Below, one piece after another: positions 23,901 to 38,900 of a DNA stretch of 64,000 bases (within the stretch, counting starts at the first letter, position 1; each line of letters opens with the position of its first letter). The position numbers and the translations under genes were made by a program. The notes beneath the pieces were generated by a model. The model saw nothing but the letters and a program-made list of their open reading frames with translations. It was not told where the DNA came from and searched no databases. Source of the stretch: Eledone cirrhosa (taxonomy: Eukaryota); assembly GCA_964016885.1 (NCBI GenBank), contig OZ024754.1, positions 25,668,001 to 25,732,000 of the forward strand. The letters are read 5' to 3'.

Positions 23901-26900
23901 TCAGACGACCTTCTGTGTCCGCCTCTCCTGAGAGTTTCTTCTCAGACAACCTGCTGCTGTCCAGCTCTCCCTGAGAGTTTCTTCTCAGACGACCTTCTGC
24001 TGTCCACCTTTCCTGAGAGTTTCTTCTCAGACAACCTTCTGCTGTCCACCTCTCCTGAGAGTTTCTTCTCAGACGACCATCTGCTGTCCAGCTCTCCTGA
24101 GAGTTTCTTCTCAGACGACCTTCTGCTGTCCACCTCTCCTGAGAGTTTCTTCTCAGACAACCTTCTGCTGTCCACCTCTCTCTGAGAGATTCATCTCAGA
24201 CAACCTGTGGCTGTCCAGCTCTCCCTGAGAGTTTCTTCTCAGACGACCTTCTGCTGTCCATCTCTCCTGGCAGTTTCTTCTCAGACAATCTTCTGCTGTC
24301 CAGCTGTCCTAAAAGTTTCTTCTCAGACAACTTTCTGCTGTCCACCTCTCCTGAGAGTTTCTTCTCAGACAACCTTCTGCTGTCCACCTCTCCTGAGAGT
24401 TTCTTCTCAGACAACCTTCTGCTGTCCACCTCTCCTGAGAGTTTCTTCTCAGACAACCTTCTGCTGTCCACCTCTCCTGAAAGTTTCTTCTCAGACAACC
24501 TTCTGCTGTCCACCTCTCCTGAGAGTTTCTTCTCAGACAACCTTCTGCTGTCCAGATCTCCTGAGAGTTTCTTCTCAGACGACCTTCTGCTGTCCAGCTC
24601 TCCTGAGAGTTTCTTCTCAGACAACCTTCTGCTGTCCAGCTCTCCTGAGAGTTTCTCCTCAGACAACCTTCTGCTGTCCACCTCTCCTGAGAGTTTCTTC
24701 TCAGACGACATTCTGCTGTCCAGCTCTCCTGAGAGTTTCTTCTCGGACAAACTGCTGCTGTCCACCTCTCCTGAGAGTTTCTTCTCAGACAACCTGCTGC
24801 TGTCCACCTCTCCTGAGAGTTTCTTCTCAGACGACCTTCTGCTGTCCAGCTCTCCTGAGAGTTTCTTCTCAGACAACCTGCTGCTGTCCACCTCTCCTGA
24901 GAGTTTCTTCTCAGACAACCTTCTGCTGTCCAGCTCTCCCTGAGAGTTTCTTCTTAGACAACCTTCTGCTGTCCAGCTCTCACTGAGAGTTTCTTCTCAG
25001 ACGACCTTCTGCTGTCCAGCTCTCCTGAGAGTTTCTTCTCAGACGACCTTCTGTGTCTGCCTCTCCTGAGAGTTTCTTCTCAGACAACCTGCTGCTGTCC
25101 AGCTCTCCCTGAGAGTTTCTTCTCAGACGACCTTCTGCTGTCCACCTCTCCTGAGAGTTTCTTCTCAGACAACCTTCTGCTGTCCACCTCTCCTGAGAGT
25201 TTCTTCTCAGACGACCTTCTGCTGTCCAGCTCTCCTGAGAGTTTCTTCTCAGACGACCTTCTGCTGTCCACCTCTCCTGAGAGTTTCTTCTCAGACAACC
25301 TTCTGCTGTCCACCTCTCTCTGAGAGATTCTTCTCAGACAACCTGTGGCTGTCCAGCTCTCCCTGAGAGTTTCTTCTCAGACGACCTTCTGCTGTCCAGC
25401 TCTCCTGGCAGTTTCTTCTCAGACAATCTTCTGCTGTCCAGCTGTCCTAAAAGTTTCTTCTCAGACAACCTTCTGCTGTCCACCTCTCCTGAGAGTTTCT
25501 TCTCAGACAACCTTCTGCTGTCCAGATGTCCTGAGAGTTTCTTCTCAGACGACCTTCTGCTGTCCAGCTCTCCTGAGAGTTTCTTCTCAGACAACCTTCT
25601 GCTGTCCAGCTCTCCTGAGAGTTTCTTCTCAGACAACCTTCTGCTGTCCAGCTCTCCTGAGAGTTTCTTCTCAGACAACCTGCCGCTGTCCACCTCTCCT
25701 GAGAGTTTCTTCTCAGACAACCTGCTGCTGTCCACCTCTCCTGAGAGTTTCTTCTCAGACAACCTTCTGCTGTCCACCTCTCCTGAGAGTTTCTTCTCAG
25801 ACAACCTTCTGCTGTCCAGCTCTCCTGAGAGTTTCTTCTCAGACAACCTGCTGCTATCCAGCTCTCTTGAGAGTTTCTTCTCGGACAACCTTCTGCTCTC
25901 CACCTCTCCTGAGAGTTTCCTCTCAGACAAGCTGTTGCTGTCCAGCACTCCCTGAGAGATTCTTCTCAGACGACCTTCTGCTGTCCACCTGTCCTGAGAG
26001 TTTCTTCTCAGACAACCTGCCGCTGTCCACCTCTCCTGAGAGTTTCTTCTCAGACAACCTTCTGCTGTCCAGCTCTCCTGAGAGTTTCTTCTCAGACATC
26101 CTTCTGCTGTCCAGCTCTCCTGAGAGTTTCTTCTCAGACAACCTGCTGCTGTCCAGCTCTCCTGAGAGTTTCTTCTCAGACAACCTTCTTCTGTCCACCT
26201 CTCCTGAGAGTTTCTTCTCAGACAACCTGTTGCTGTCCAGCTCTCCCTGAGAGTTTCTCCTCAGACAACCTGCTGCTGTGCACCTCTCCTGAGAGTTTCT
26301 TGTCAGACAACCTGCTGCTGTCCACCTCTCCTGAGAGTTTCTTCTCAGGCAACCTGTTGCTGTCCACCTCTCCCTGAGAGTTTCTTCTCAGACAACCTGC
26401 TGCCTTCCATCTCTCCTGAGAGTTTCTTCTCAGACAACCTGCTGCTGTCCACCTCTCCTGAGAGTTTCTTCTCACACGACCTGCTGCTGTTCAGCTCTCC
26501 CTGAGAGTTTCTTCTCAAACAACCTTCTGCTGTCAACCTCTCCTGAGAGTTTCTTCACAGACAACCTTCTGCTGTCCAGCTCTCCTGAGAGTTTCTTCTC
26601 AGACAACCTGTTGCTGTCCAGCTCTCCTGAGAGTTTCTTCCCAGACAACCTTATGCTGTCCACCTCTCCTGAGAGTTTCTTCTCAGACGACCTTCTGCTG
26701 TCCACCTCTCCTGAGAGTTTCTTCTCAGACAACCTTCTGCTGTCCAGCTCTCCTGAGAGTTTCTTCTCAGACAAGCTTCTGCTGTCCACCTCCCCTGAGA
26801 GTTTCTTCTCAGACGACCTTCTGCTGTCCAGCTCTCCCTGAGAGTCTCTTCTAAGACAACCTGCTGCTGTCCACCTCTCCTGAGAGTTTCTTCTCAGACA

Positions 26901-29900
26901 ACATTCTGCTATCCACCTCTCCGGAGAGTTTCTTCTCAGACAACCTTCTGCTGTCCAGCTCTCCTGAGAGTTTCTCCTCAGACAACCTACTGCTGTCCAC
27001 CTCTCCTGAGAGTTTCTTCTCAGACGACATTCTGCTGTCCAGCTCTACCTGAGAGTCTCTTCTAAGACAACCTGCTGCTGTCCACCTCTCCTGAGAGTTT
27101 CTTCTCGGACAAACTGCTGCTGTCCACCTCTCCTGAGAGTTTCTTCTCAGACAACCTGCTGCTGTCCACCTCTCCTGAGAGTTTCTTCTCAGACAACCTT
27201 CTGCTGTCCAGCTCTCCCTGAGAGTTTCTTCTTAGACAACCTTCTGCTGTCCAGCTCTCACTGAGAGTTTCTTCTCAGACGACCTTCTGCTGTCCAGCTC
27301 TCCTGAGAGTTTCTTCTCAGACGACCTTCTGTGTCCGCCTCTCCTGAGAGTTTCTTCTCAGACAACCTGCTGCTGTCCAGCTCTCCCTGAGAGTTTCTTC
27401 TCAGACGACCTCCTGCTGTCCACCTCTCCTGAGAGTTTCTTCTCAGACAACCTTCTGCTGTCCACCTCTCCTGAGAGTTTCTTCTCAGACGACCTTCTGC
27501 TGTCCAGCTCTCCTGAGAGTTTCTTCTCAGACGACCTTCTGCTGTCCACCTCTCCTGAGAGTTTCTTCTCAGACAACCTTCTGCTGTCCACCTCTCTCTG
27601 AGAGATTCATCTCAGACAACCTGTGGCTGTCCAGCTCTCCCTGAGAGTTTCTTCTCAGACGACCTTCTGCTGTCCATCTCTCCTGGCAGTTTCTTCTCAG
27701 ACAATCTTCTGCTGTCCAGCTGTCCTAAAAGTTTCTTCTCAGACAACCTTCTGCTGTCCACCTCTCCTGAGAGTTTCTTCTCAGACAACCTTCTGCTGTC
27801 CAGATCTCCTGAGAGTTTCTTCTCAGACGACCTTCTGCTGTCCAGCTCTCCTGAGAGTTTCTTCTCAGACAACCTTCTGCTGTCCAGCTCTCCCTGAGAG
27901 ATTCTTCTCAGACGACCATCTGCTGTTCACCTGTCCTGAGAGTTTCTTCTCAGACAACCTGCTGCTGTCCACCTCTCCTGAGAGTTTCTTCTCAGACGAC
28001 ATTCTGCTGTCCAGCTCTCCTGAGAGTTTCTTCTCAGACAACCTTCTGCTGTCCAGCTCTCCTGAGAGTTTCTTCTCAGACAACCTGCTGCTGTCCACCT
28101 CTCCTGAGAGTTTCTTCTCAGACAACCTGCTGCTGTACACCTCTCCTGAGAGTTTCTTCTCAGACAACCTTATGCTGTCCAGCTCTCCTGAGAGTTTCTT
28201 CTCAGACAACCTGCTGCTGTCCAGCTCTCCTGAGAGTTTCTTCTCAGACAACCTGCTGCTGTCCACCTCTCCTGAGAATTTCTTCTCAGACAACCTGTTG
28301 CTGTCCACCTCTCCTGAGAGTTTCTTCACAGACAAGCTGTTGCTGTCCAGCTCTCCCTGAGAGATTCTTCTCAGACGACCTTCTGCTGTTCACCTGTCCT
28401 GAGAGTTTCTTCTCAGACAACCTGCCGCTGTCCACCTCTCCTGAGAGTTCCTTCTCAGACAACCTGCTGCTGTCCACCTCTCCTGAGAGTTTCTTCTCAG
28501 ACAACCTTCTGCTGTCAGCCTCTCCTGAGAGTTTCTTCTCAGACAACCTTCTGCTGTCCAGCTCTCCTGAGAGTTTCTTCTCAGACAACCTGCTGCTGTC
28601 CAGCTCTCTTGAGAGTTTCTTCTCGGACAACCTTCTGCTCTCCACCTCTCCTGAGAGTTTCCTCTCAGACAAGCTGTTGCTGTCCAGCACTCCCTGAGAG
28701 ATTCTTCTCAGACGACCTTCTGCTGTCCACCTGTCCTGAGAGTTTCTTCTCAGACAACCTGCCGCTGTCCACCTCTCCTGAGAGTTTCTTCTCAGACAAC
28801 CTTCTGCTGTCCAGCTCTCCTGAGAGTTTCTTCTCAGACAACCTTCTGCTGTCCAGCTCTCCTGAGAGTTTCTTCTCAGACAACCTGCTGCTGTTCACCT
28901 CTCCTGAGAGTTTCTTCTCAGACAACCTTCTTCTGTCCACCTCTCCTGAGAGTTTCTTCTCAGACAACCTGTTGCTGTCCAGCTCTCTCTGAGAGTTTCT
29001 TCTCAGACAACCTGCTGCTGTGCACCTCTCCTGAGAGTTTCTTGTCAGACAACCTGCTGCTGTCCACCTCTCCTGAGAGTTTCTTCTCAGGCAACCTGTT
29101 GCTGTCCACCTCTCCCTGCGAGTTTCTTCTCAGACAACCTGCTGCCTTCCATCTCTCCTGAGAGTTTCTTCTCAGACAACCTGCTGCTGTCCACCTCTCC
29201 TGAGAGTTTCTTCTCACACGACCTACTGCTGTTCAGCTCTCCCTGGGAGTTTCTTCTCAAACAACCTTCTGCTGTCAACCTCTCCTGAGAGTTTCTTCTC
29301 AGACAACCTTCTGCTGTCCAGCTCTCCTGAGAGTTTCTTCCCAGACAACCTTATGCTGTCCACCTCTCCTGAGAGTTTCTTCTCAGACGACCTTCTGCTG
29401 TCCACCTCTCCTGAGAGTTTCTTCTCAGACAACCTTCTGCTGTCCAGCTCTCCTGAGAGTTTCTTCTCAGACAAGCTTCTGCAGTCCACCTCCCCTGAGA
29501 GTTTCTTCTCAGACGACCTGCCGCTGTCCAGCTCTCCCTGAGAGTCTCTTCTAAGACAACCTGCTGCTGTCCACCTCTCCTGAGAGTTTCTTCTCAGACA
29601 ACATTCTGCTATCCACCTCTCCGGAGAGTTTCTTCTCAGACAACCTTCTGCTGTCCAGCTCTCCTGAGAGTTTCTCCTCAGACAACCTTCTGCTGTCCAC
29701 CTCTCCTGAGAGTTTCTTCTCAGACGACATTCTGCTGTCCAGCTCTCCTGAGAGTTTCTTCTCGGACAAACTGCTGCTGTCCACCTCTCCTGAGAATTTC
29801 TTCTCAGACAACCTGCTGCTGTCCACCTCTCCTGAGGGTTTCTTCTCAGACGACCTTCTGCTGTCCAGCTCTCCTGAGAGTTTCTTCTCAGACAACCTGC

Positions 29901-32900
29901 TGCTGTCCACCTCTCCTGAGAGTTTCTTCTCAGACAACCTTCTGCTGTCCAGCTCTCCCTGAGAGTTTCTTCTTAGACAACCTTCTGCTGTCCAGCTCTC
30001 ACTGAGAGTTTCTTCTCAGACGACCTTCTGCTGTCCAGCTCTCCTGAGAGTTTCTTCTCAGACGACCTTCTGTGTCCGCCTCTCCTGAGAGTTTCTTCTC
30101 AGACAACCTGCTGCTGTCCACCTCTCCTGAGACTTTCTTCTCAGACAACCTTCTGCTGTCCACCTCTCTCTGAGAGATTCTTCTCAGACAACCTGTGGCT
30201 GTCCAGCTCTCCCTGAGAGTTTCTTCTCAGACGACCTTCTGCTGTCCAGCTCTCCTAGCAGTTTCTTCTCAGACAATCTTCTGCTGTCCAGCTGTCCTAA
30301 AAGTTTCTTCTCAGACAACCTTCTGCTGTCCACCTCTCCTGAGAGTTTCTTCTCAGACAACCTTCTGCTGTCCAGATCTCCTGAGAGTTTCTTCTAAGAC
30401 GACCTTCTGCTGTCCAGCTCTCCTGAGAGTTTCTTCTCAGACAACCTTCTGCTGTCCAGCTCTCCTGAGAGTTTCTTCTCAGACAACCTGCTGCTGTCCA
30501 CCTCTCCTGAGAGTTTCTTCTCAGACAACCTGCTGCTGTCCACCTCTCCTGAGAGTTTCTTCTCAGACGACCTTCTGTTGTCCACCTCTCCTGAGAGTTT
30601 CTTCTCAGACAACCTGCTGCTGTCCAGCTCTCTTGAGAGTTTCTTCTCGGACAACCTTCTGCTCTCCACCTCTCCTGAGAGTTTCCTCTCAGACAAGCTG
30701 TTGCTGTCCAGCACTCCCTGAGAGATTCTTCTCAGACGACCTTCTGCTGTCCACCTGTCCTGAGAGTTTCTTCTCAGACAACCTGCCGCTGTCCACCTCT
30801 CCTGAGAGTTTCTTCTCAGACAACCTTCTGCTGTCCGCCTCTCCTGAGAGTTTCTTCTCAGACAACCTGCTGCTGTCCAGCTCTCCCTGAGAGTTTCTTC
30901 TCAGACGACCTTCTGCTGTCCACCTCTCCTGAGAGTTTCTTCTCAGACAACCTTCTGCTGTCCACCTCTCCTGAGAGTTTCTTCTCAGACGACCTTCTGC
31001 TGTCCAGCTCTCCTGAGAGTTTCTTCTCAGACGACCTTCTGCTGTCCACCTCTCCTGAGAGTTTCTTCTCAGACAACCTTCTGCTGTCCACCTCTCTCTG
31101 AGAGATTCTTCTCAGACAACCTGTGGCTGTCCAGCTCTCCCTGAGAGTTTCTTCTCAGACGACCTTCTGCTGTCCAGCTCTCCTGGCAGTTTCTTCTCAG
31201 ACAATCTTCTGCTGTCCAGCTGTCCTAAAAGTTTCTTCTCAGACAACCTTCTGCTGTCCACCTCTCCTGAGAGTTTCTTCTCAGACAAACTTCTGCTGTC
31301 CAGATGTCCTGAGAGTTTCTTCTCAGACGACCTTCTGCTGTCCAGCTCTCCTGAGAGTTTCTTCTCAGACAACCTTCTGCTGTCCAGCTCTCCTGAGAGT
31401 TTCTTCTCAGACAACCTGCTGCTGTCCACCTCTCCTGAGAGTTTCTTCTCAGACAACCTGCTGCTGTCCACCTCTCCTGAGAGTTTCTTCTCAGACGACC
31501 TTCTGCTGTCCAGCTCTCCTGAGAGTTTCTTCTCAGACAACCTTCTGCTGTCCAGCTCTCCTGAGAGTTTCTTCTCAGACAACCTGTTGCTGTCCAGCTC
31601 TCCTGAGAGTTTCTTCTCAGACAACCTGCTGCTGTCCACCTCTCCTGAGAATTTCTTCTCAGACAACCTGTTGCTGTCCACCTCTCCTGAGAGTTTCTTC
31701 ACAGACAAGCTGTTGCAGTCCAGCTCTCCCTGAGAGATTCTTCTCAGACGACCTTCTGCTGTTCACCTGTCCTGAGAGTTTCTTCTCAGACAACCTGCCG
31801 CTGTCCACCTCTCCTGAGAGTTTCTTCTCAGACAACCTGCTGCTGTCCACCTCTCCTGAGAGCTTCTTCTCAGACAACCTTCTGCTGTCCACCTCTCCTG
31901 AGAGTTTCTTCTCAGACAACCTTCTGCTGTCCAGCTCTCCTGAGAGTTTCTTCTCAGACAACCTGCTGCTGTCCAGCTCTCTTGAGAGTTTCTTCTCGGA
32001 CAACCTTCTGCTCTCCACCTCTCCTGAGAGTTTCCTCTCAGACAAGCTGTTGCTGTCCAGCACTCCCTGAGAGATTCTTCTCAGACGACCTTCTGCTGTC
32101 CACCTGTCCTGAGAGTTTCTTCTCAGACAACCTGCCGCTGTCCACCTCTCCTGAGAGTTTCTTCTCAGACAACCTTCTGCTGTCCAGCTCTCCTGAGAGT
32201 TTCTTCTCAGACAACCTGTTGCTGTCCAGCTCTCCTGAGAGTTTCTTCTCAGACAACGTGCTGCTGTCCACCTCTCCTGAGAATTTCTTCTCAGACAACC
32301 TGTTGCTGTCCACCTCTCCTGAGAGTTTCTTCACAGACAAGCTGTTGCAGTCCAGCTCTCCCTGAGAGATTCTTCTCAGACGACCTTCTGCTGTTCACCT
32401 GTCCTGAGAGTTTCTTCTCAGACAACCAGCCGCTGTCCACCTCTCCTGAGAGTTTCTTCTCAGACAACCTGCCGCTGTCCACCTCTCCTGAGAGTTTCTT
32501 CTCAGACAACCTGCTGCTGTCCACCTCTCCTGAGAGTTTCTTCTCAGACAACCTTCTGCTGTCCACCTCTCCTGAGAGTTTCTTCTCAGACAACCTTCTG
32601 CTGTCAAGCTCTCCTGAGAGTTTCTTCTCAGACAACCTGCTGCTGTCCAGCTCTCTTGAGAGTTTCTTCTCGGACAACCTTCTGCTCTCCACCTCTCCTG
32701 AGAGTTTCCTCTCAGACAAGCTGTTGCTGTCCAGCACTCCCTGAGAGATTCTTCTCAGACGACCTTCTGCTGTCCACCTGTCCTGAGAGTTTCTTCTCAG
32801 ACAACCTGCCGCTGTCCACCTCTCCTGAGAGTTTCTTCTCAGACAACCTTCTGCTGTCCAGCTCTCCTGAGAGTTTCTTCTCAGACAACCTGTTGCTGTC

Positions 32901-35900
32901 CAGCTCTCCTGAGAGTTTCTTCTCAGACAACCTGCTGCTGTCCACCTCTCCTGAGAATTTCTTCTCAGACAACCTGTTGCTGTCCACCTCTCCTGAGAGT
33001 TTCTTCACAGACAAGCTGTTGCAGTCCAGCTCTCCCTGAGAGATTCTTCTCAGACGACCTTCTGCTGTTCACCTGTCCTGAGAGTTTCTTCTCAGACAAC
33101 CTGCCGCTGTCCACCTCTCCTGAGAGTTTCTTCTCAGACAACCTGCTGCTGTCCACCTCTCCTGAGAGTTTCTTCTCAGACAACCTTCTGCTGTCCACCT
33201 CTCCTGAGAGTTTCTTCTCAGACAACCTTCTGCTGTCCAGCTCTCCTGAGAGTTTCTTCTCAGACAACCTGCTGCTGTCCAGCTCTCTTGAGAGTTTCTT
33301 CTCGGACAACCTTCTGCTCTCCACCTCTCCTGAGAGTTTCCTCTCAGACAAGCTGTTGCTGTCCAGCACTCCCTGAGAGATTCTTCTCAGACGACCTTCT
33401 GCTGTCCACCTGTCCTGAGAGTTTCTTCTCAGACAACCTGCCGCTGTCCACCTCTCCTGAGAGTTTCTTCTCAGACAACCTTCTGCTGTCCAGCTCTCCT
33501 GAGAGTTTCTTCTCAGACAACCTTCTGCTGTCCAGCTCTCCTGAGAGTTTCTTCTCAGACAACCTGCTGCTGTCCACCTCTCCTGAGAGTTTCTTCTCAG
33601 ACAACCTTCTTCTGTCCACCTCTCCTGAGAGTTTCTTCTCAGACAACCTGTTGCTGTCCAGCTCTCCCTGAGAGTTTCTTCTCAGACAACCTGCTGCTGT
33701 CCACCTCTCCTGAGAGTTTCTTCTCACACGACCTACTGCTGTTCAGCTCTCCCTGAGAGTTTCTTCTCAAACAACCTTCTGCTGTCAACCTCTCCTGAGA
33801 GTTTCTTCTCAGACAACCTTCTGCTGTCCAGCTCTCCTGAGAGTTTCTTCTCAGACAACCTGTTGCTGTCCAGCTCTCCTGAGAGTTTCTTCCCAGACAA
33901 CCTTATGCTGTCCACCTCTCCTGAGAGTTTCTTCTCAGACGACCTTCTGCTGTCCACCTCTCCTGAGAGTTTCTTCTCAGACAATCTTCTGCTGTCCAGC
34001 TCTCCTGAGAGTTTCTTCTCAGACAAGCTTCTGCTGTCCACCTCCCCTGAGAGTTTCTTCTCAGACGACCTTCTGCTGTCGAGCTCTCCCTGAGAGTCTC
34101 TTCTAAGACAACCTGCTGCTGTCCACCTCTCCTGAGAGTTTCTTCTCAGACAACATTCTGCTATCCACCTCTCCGGAGAGTTTCTTCTCAGACAACCTTC
34201 TGCTGTCCAGCTCTCCTGAGAGTTTCTCCTCAGACAACCTTCTGCTGTCCACCTCTCCTGAGAGTTTCTTCTCAGACGACATTCTGCTGTCCATCTCTCC
34301 TGAGAGTTTCTTCTCGGACAAACTGCTGCTGTCCACCTCTCCTGAGAGTTTCTTCTCAGACAACCTGCTGCTGTCCACCTCTCCTGAGAGTTTCTTCTCA
34401 GACGACCTTCTGCTGTCCAGCTCTCCTGAGAGTTTCTTCTCAGACAACCTGCTGCTGTCCACCTCTCCTGAGAGTTTCTTCTCAGACAACCTTCTGCTGT
34501 CCAGCTCTCCCTGAGAGTTTCTTCTTAGACAACCTTCTGCTGTCCAGCTCTCACTGAGAGTTTCTTCTCAGACGACCTTCTGCTGTCCAGCTCTCCTGAG
34601 AGTTTCTTCTCAGACGACCTTCTGTGTCCGCCTCTCCTGAGAGTTTCTTCTCAGACAACCTGCTGCTGTCCAGCTCTCCCTGAGAGTTTCTTCTCAGACG
34701 ACCTTCTGCTGTCCACCTCTCCTGAGAGTTTCTTCTCAGACAACCTTCTGCTGTCCACCTCTCCTGAGAGTTTCTTCTCAGACGACCTTCTGCTGTCCAG
34801 CTCTCCTGAGAGTTTCTTCTCAGACGACCTTCTGCTGTCCACCTCTCCTGAGAATTTCTTCTCAGACAACCTGTTGCTGTCCACCTCTCCTGAGAGTTTC
34901 TTCACAGACAAGCTGTTGCAGTCCAGCTCTCCCTGAGAGATTCTTCTCAGACGACCTTCTGCTGTTCACCTGTCCTGAGAGTTTCTTCTCAGACAACCTG
35001 CCGCTGTCCACCTCTCCTGAGAGTTTCTTCTCAGACAACCTGCTGCTGTCCACCTCTCCTGAGAGCTTCTTCTCAGACAACCTTCTGCTGTCCACCTCTC
35101 CTGAGAGTTTCTTCTCAGACAACCTTCTGCTGTCCAGCTCTCCTGAGAGTTTCTTCTCAGACAACCTGCTGCTGTCCAGCTCTCTTGAGAGTTTCTTCTC
35201 GGACAACCTTCTGCTCTCCACCTCTCCTGAGAGTTTCCTCTCAGACAAGCTGTTGCTGTCCAGCACTCCCTGAGAGATTCTTCTCAGACGACCTTCTGCT
35301 GTCCACCTGTCCTGAGAGTTTCTTCTCAGACAACCTGCCGCTGTCCACCTCTCCTGAGAGTTTCTTCTCAGACAACCTTCTGCTGTCCAGCTCTCCTGAG
35401 AGTTTCTTCTCAGACAACCTGTTGCTGTCCAGCTCTCCTGCGAGTTTCTTCTCAGACAACGTGCTGCTGTCCACCTCTCCTGAGAATTTCTTCTCAGACA
35501 ACCTGTTGCTGTCCACCTCTCCTGAGAGTTTCTTCACAGACAAGCTGTTGCAGTCCAGCTCTCCCTGAGAGATTCTTCTCAGACGACCTTCTGCTGTTCA
35601 CCTGTCCTGAGAGTTTCTTCTCAGACAACCAGCCGCTGTCCACCTCTCCTGAGAGTTTCTTCTCAGACAACCTGCCGCTGTCCACCTCTCCTGAGAGTTT
35701 CTTCTCAGACAACCTGCTGCTGTCCACCTCTCCTGAGAGTTTCTTCTCAGACAACCTTCTGCTGTCCACCTCTCCTGAGAGTTTCTTCTCAGACAACCTT
35801 CTGCTGTCCAGCTCTCCTGAGAGTTTCTTCTCAGACAACCTGCTGCTGTCCAGCTCTCTTGAGAGTTTCTTCTCGGACAACCTTCTGCTCTCCACCTCTC

Positions 35901-38900
35901 CTGAGAGTTTCCTCTCAGACAAGCTGTTGCTGTCCAGCACTCCCTGAGAGATTCTTCTCAGACGACCTTCTGCTGTCCACCTGTCCTGAGAGTTTCTTCT
36001 CAGACAACCTGCCGCTGTCCACCTCTCCTGAGAGTTTCTTCTCAGACAACCTTCTGCTGTCCAGCTCTCCTGAGAGTTTCTTCTCAGACAACCTGTTGCT
36101 GTCCAGCTCTCCTGAGAGTTTCTTCTCAGACAACCTGCTGCTGTCCACCTCTCCTGAGAATTTCTTCTCAGACAACCTGTTGCTGTCCACCTCTCCTGAG
36201 AGTTTCTTCACAGACAAGCTGTTGCAGTCCAGCTCTCCCTGAGAGATTCTTCTCAGACGACCTTCTGCTGTTCACCTGTCCTGAGAGTTTCTTCTCAGAC
36301 AACCTGCCGCTGTCCACCTCTCCTGAGAGTTTCTTCTCAGACAACCTGCTGCTGTCCACCTCTCCTGAGAGTTTCTTCTCAGACAACCTTCTGCTGTCCA
36401 CCTCTCCTGAGAGTTTCTTCTCAGACAACCTTCTGCTGTCCAGCTCTCCTGAGAGTTTCTTCTCAGACAACCTGCTGCTGTCCAGCTCTCTTGAGAGTTT
36501 CTTCTCGGACAACCTTCTGCTCTCCACCTCTCCTGAGAGTTTCCTCTCAGACAAGCTGTTGCTGTCCAGCACTCCCTGAGAGATTCTTCTCAGACGACCT
36601 TCTGCTGTCCACCTGTCCTGAGAGTTTCTTCTCAGACAACCTGCCGCTGTCCACCTCTCCTGAGAGTTTCTTCTCAGACAACCTTCTGCTGTCCAGCTCT
36701 CCTGAGAGTTTCTTCTCAGACAACCTTCTGCTGTCCAGCTCTCCTGAGAGTTTCTTCTCAGACAACCTGCTGCTGTCCACCTCTCCTGAGAGTTTCTTCT
36801 CAGACAACCTTCTTCTGTCCACCTCTCCTGAGAGTTTCTTCTCAGACAACCTGTTGCTGTCCAGCTCTCCCTGAGAGTTTCTTCTCAGACAACCTGCTGC
36901 TGTCCACCTCTCCTGAGAGTTTCTTCTCACACGACCTACTGCTGTTCAGCTCTCCCTGAGAGTTTCTTCTCAAACAACCTTCTGCTGTCAACCTCTCCTG
37001 AGAGTTTCTTCTCAGACAACCTTCTGCTGTCCAGCTCTCCTGAGAGTTTCTTCTCAGACAACCTGTTGCTGTCCAGCTCTCCTGAGAGTTTCTTCCCAGA
37101 CAACCTTATGCTGTCCACCTCTCCTGAGAGTTTCTTCTCAGACGACCTTCTGCTGTCCACCTCTCCTGAGAGTTTCTTCTCAGACAATCTTCTGCTGTCC
37201 AGCTCTCCTGAGAGTTTCTTCTCAGACAAGCTTCTGCTGTCCACCTCCCCTGAGAGTTTCTTCTCAGACGACCTTCTGCTGTCGAGCTCTCCCTGAGAGT
37301 CTCTTCTAAGACAACCTGCTGCTGTCCACCTCTCCTGAGAGTTTCTTCTCAGACAACATTCTGCTATCCACCTCTCCGGAGAGTTTCTTCTCAGACAACC
37401 TTCTGCTGTCCAGCTCTCCTGAGAGTTTCTCCTCAGACAACCTTCTGCTGTCCACCTCTCCTGAGAGTTTCTTCTCAGACGACATTCTGCTGTCCAGCTC
37501 TCCTGAGAGTTTCTTCTCGGACAAACTGCTGCTGTCCACCTCTCCTGAGAGTTTCTTCTCAGACAACCTGCTGCTGTCCACCTCTCCTGAGAGTTTCTTC
37601 TCAGACGACCTTCTGCTGTCCAGCTCTCCTGAGAGTTTCTTCTCAGACAACCTGCTGCTGTCCACCTCTCCTGAGAGTTTCTTCTCAGACAACCTTCTGC
37701 TGTCCAGCTCTCCCTGAGAGTTTCTTCTTAGACAACCTTCTGCTGTCCAGCTCTCACTGAGAGTTTCTTCTCAGACGACCTTCTGCTGTCCAGCTCTCCT
37801 GAGAGTTTCTTCTCAGACGACCTTCTGTGTCCGCCTCTCCTGAGAGTTTCTTCTCAGACAACCTGCTGCTGTCCAGCTCTCCCTGAGAGTTTCTTCTCAG
37901 ACGACCTTCTGCTGTCCACCTCTCCTGAGAGTTTCTTCTCAGACAACCTTCTGCTGTCCACCTCTCCTGAGAGTTTCTTCTCAGACGACCTTCTGCTGTC
38001 CAGCTCTCCTGAGAGTTTCTTCTCAGACGACCTTCTGCTGTCCACCTCTCCTGAGAGTTTCTTCTCAGACAACCTTCTGCTGTCCACCTCTCTCTGAGAG
38101 ATTCATCTCAGATAACCTGTGGCTGTCCAGCTCTCCCTGAGAGTTTCTTCTCAGACGACCTTCTGCTGTCCAGCTCTCCTGGCAGTTTCTTCTCAGACAA
38201 TCTTCTGCTGTCCAGCTGTCCTAAAAGTTTCTTCTCAGACAACCTTCTGCTGTCCACCTCTCCTGAGAGTTTCTTCTCAGACAAACTTCTGCTGTCCAGA
38301 TGTCCTGAGAGTTTCTTCTCAGACGACCTTCTGCTGTCCAGCTCTCCTGAGAGTTTCTTCTCAGACAACCTTCTGCTGTCCAGCTCTCCTGAGAGTTTCT
38401 TCTCAGACAACCTGCTGCTGTCCACCTCTCCTGAGAGTTTCTTCTCAGACAACCTGCTGCTGTCCACCTCTCCTGAGAGTTTCTTCTCAGACGACCTTCT
38501 GCTGTCCAGCTCTCCTGAGAGTTTCTTCTCAGACAACCTTCTGCTGTCCAGCTCTCCTGAGAGTTTCTTCTCAGACAACCTGTTGCTGTCCAGCTCTCCT
38601 GAGAGTTTCTTCTCAGACAACCTGCTGCTGTCCACCTCTCCTGAGAATTTCTTCTCAGACAACCTGTTGCTGTCCACCTCTCCTGAGAGTTTCTTCACAG
38701 ACAAGCTGTTGCAGTCCAGCTCTCCCTGAGAGATTCTTCTCAGACGACCTTCTGCTGTTCACCTGTCCTGAGAGTTTCTTCTCAGACAACTTGCCGCTGT
38801 CCACCTCTCCTGAGAGTTTCTTCTCAGACAACCTGCTGCTGTCCACCTCTCCTGAGAGTTTCTTCTCAGACAACCTTCTGCTGTCCACCTCTCCTGAGAG

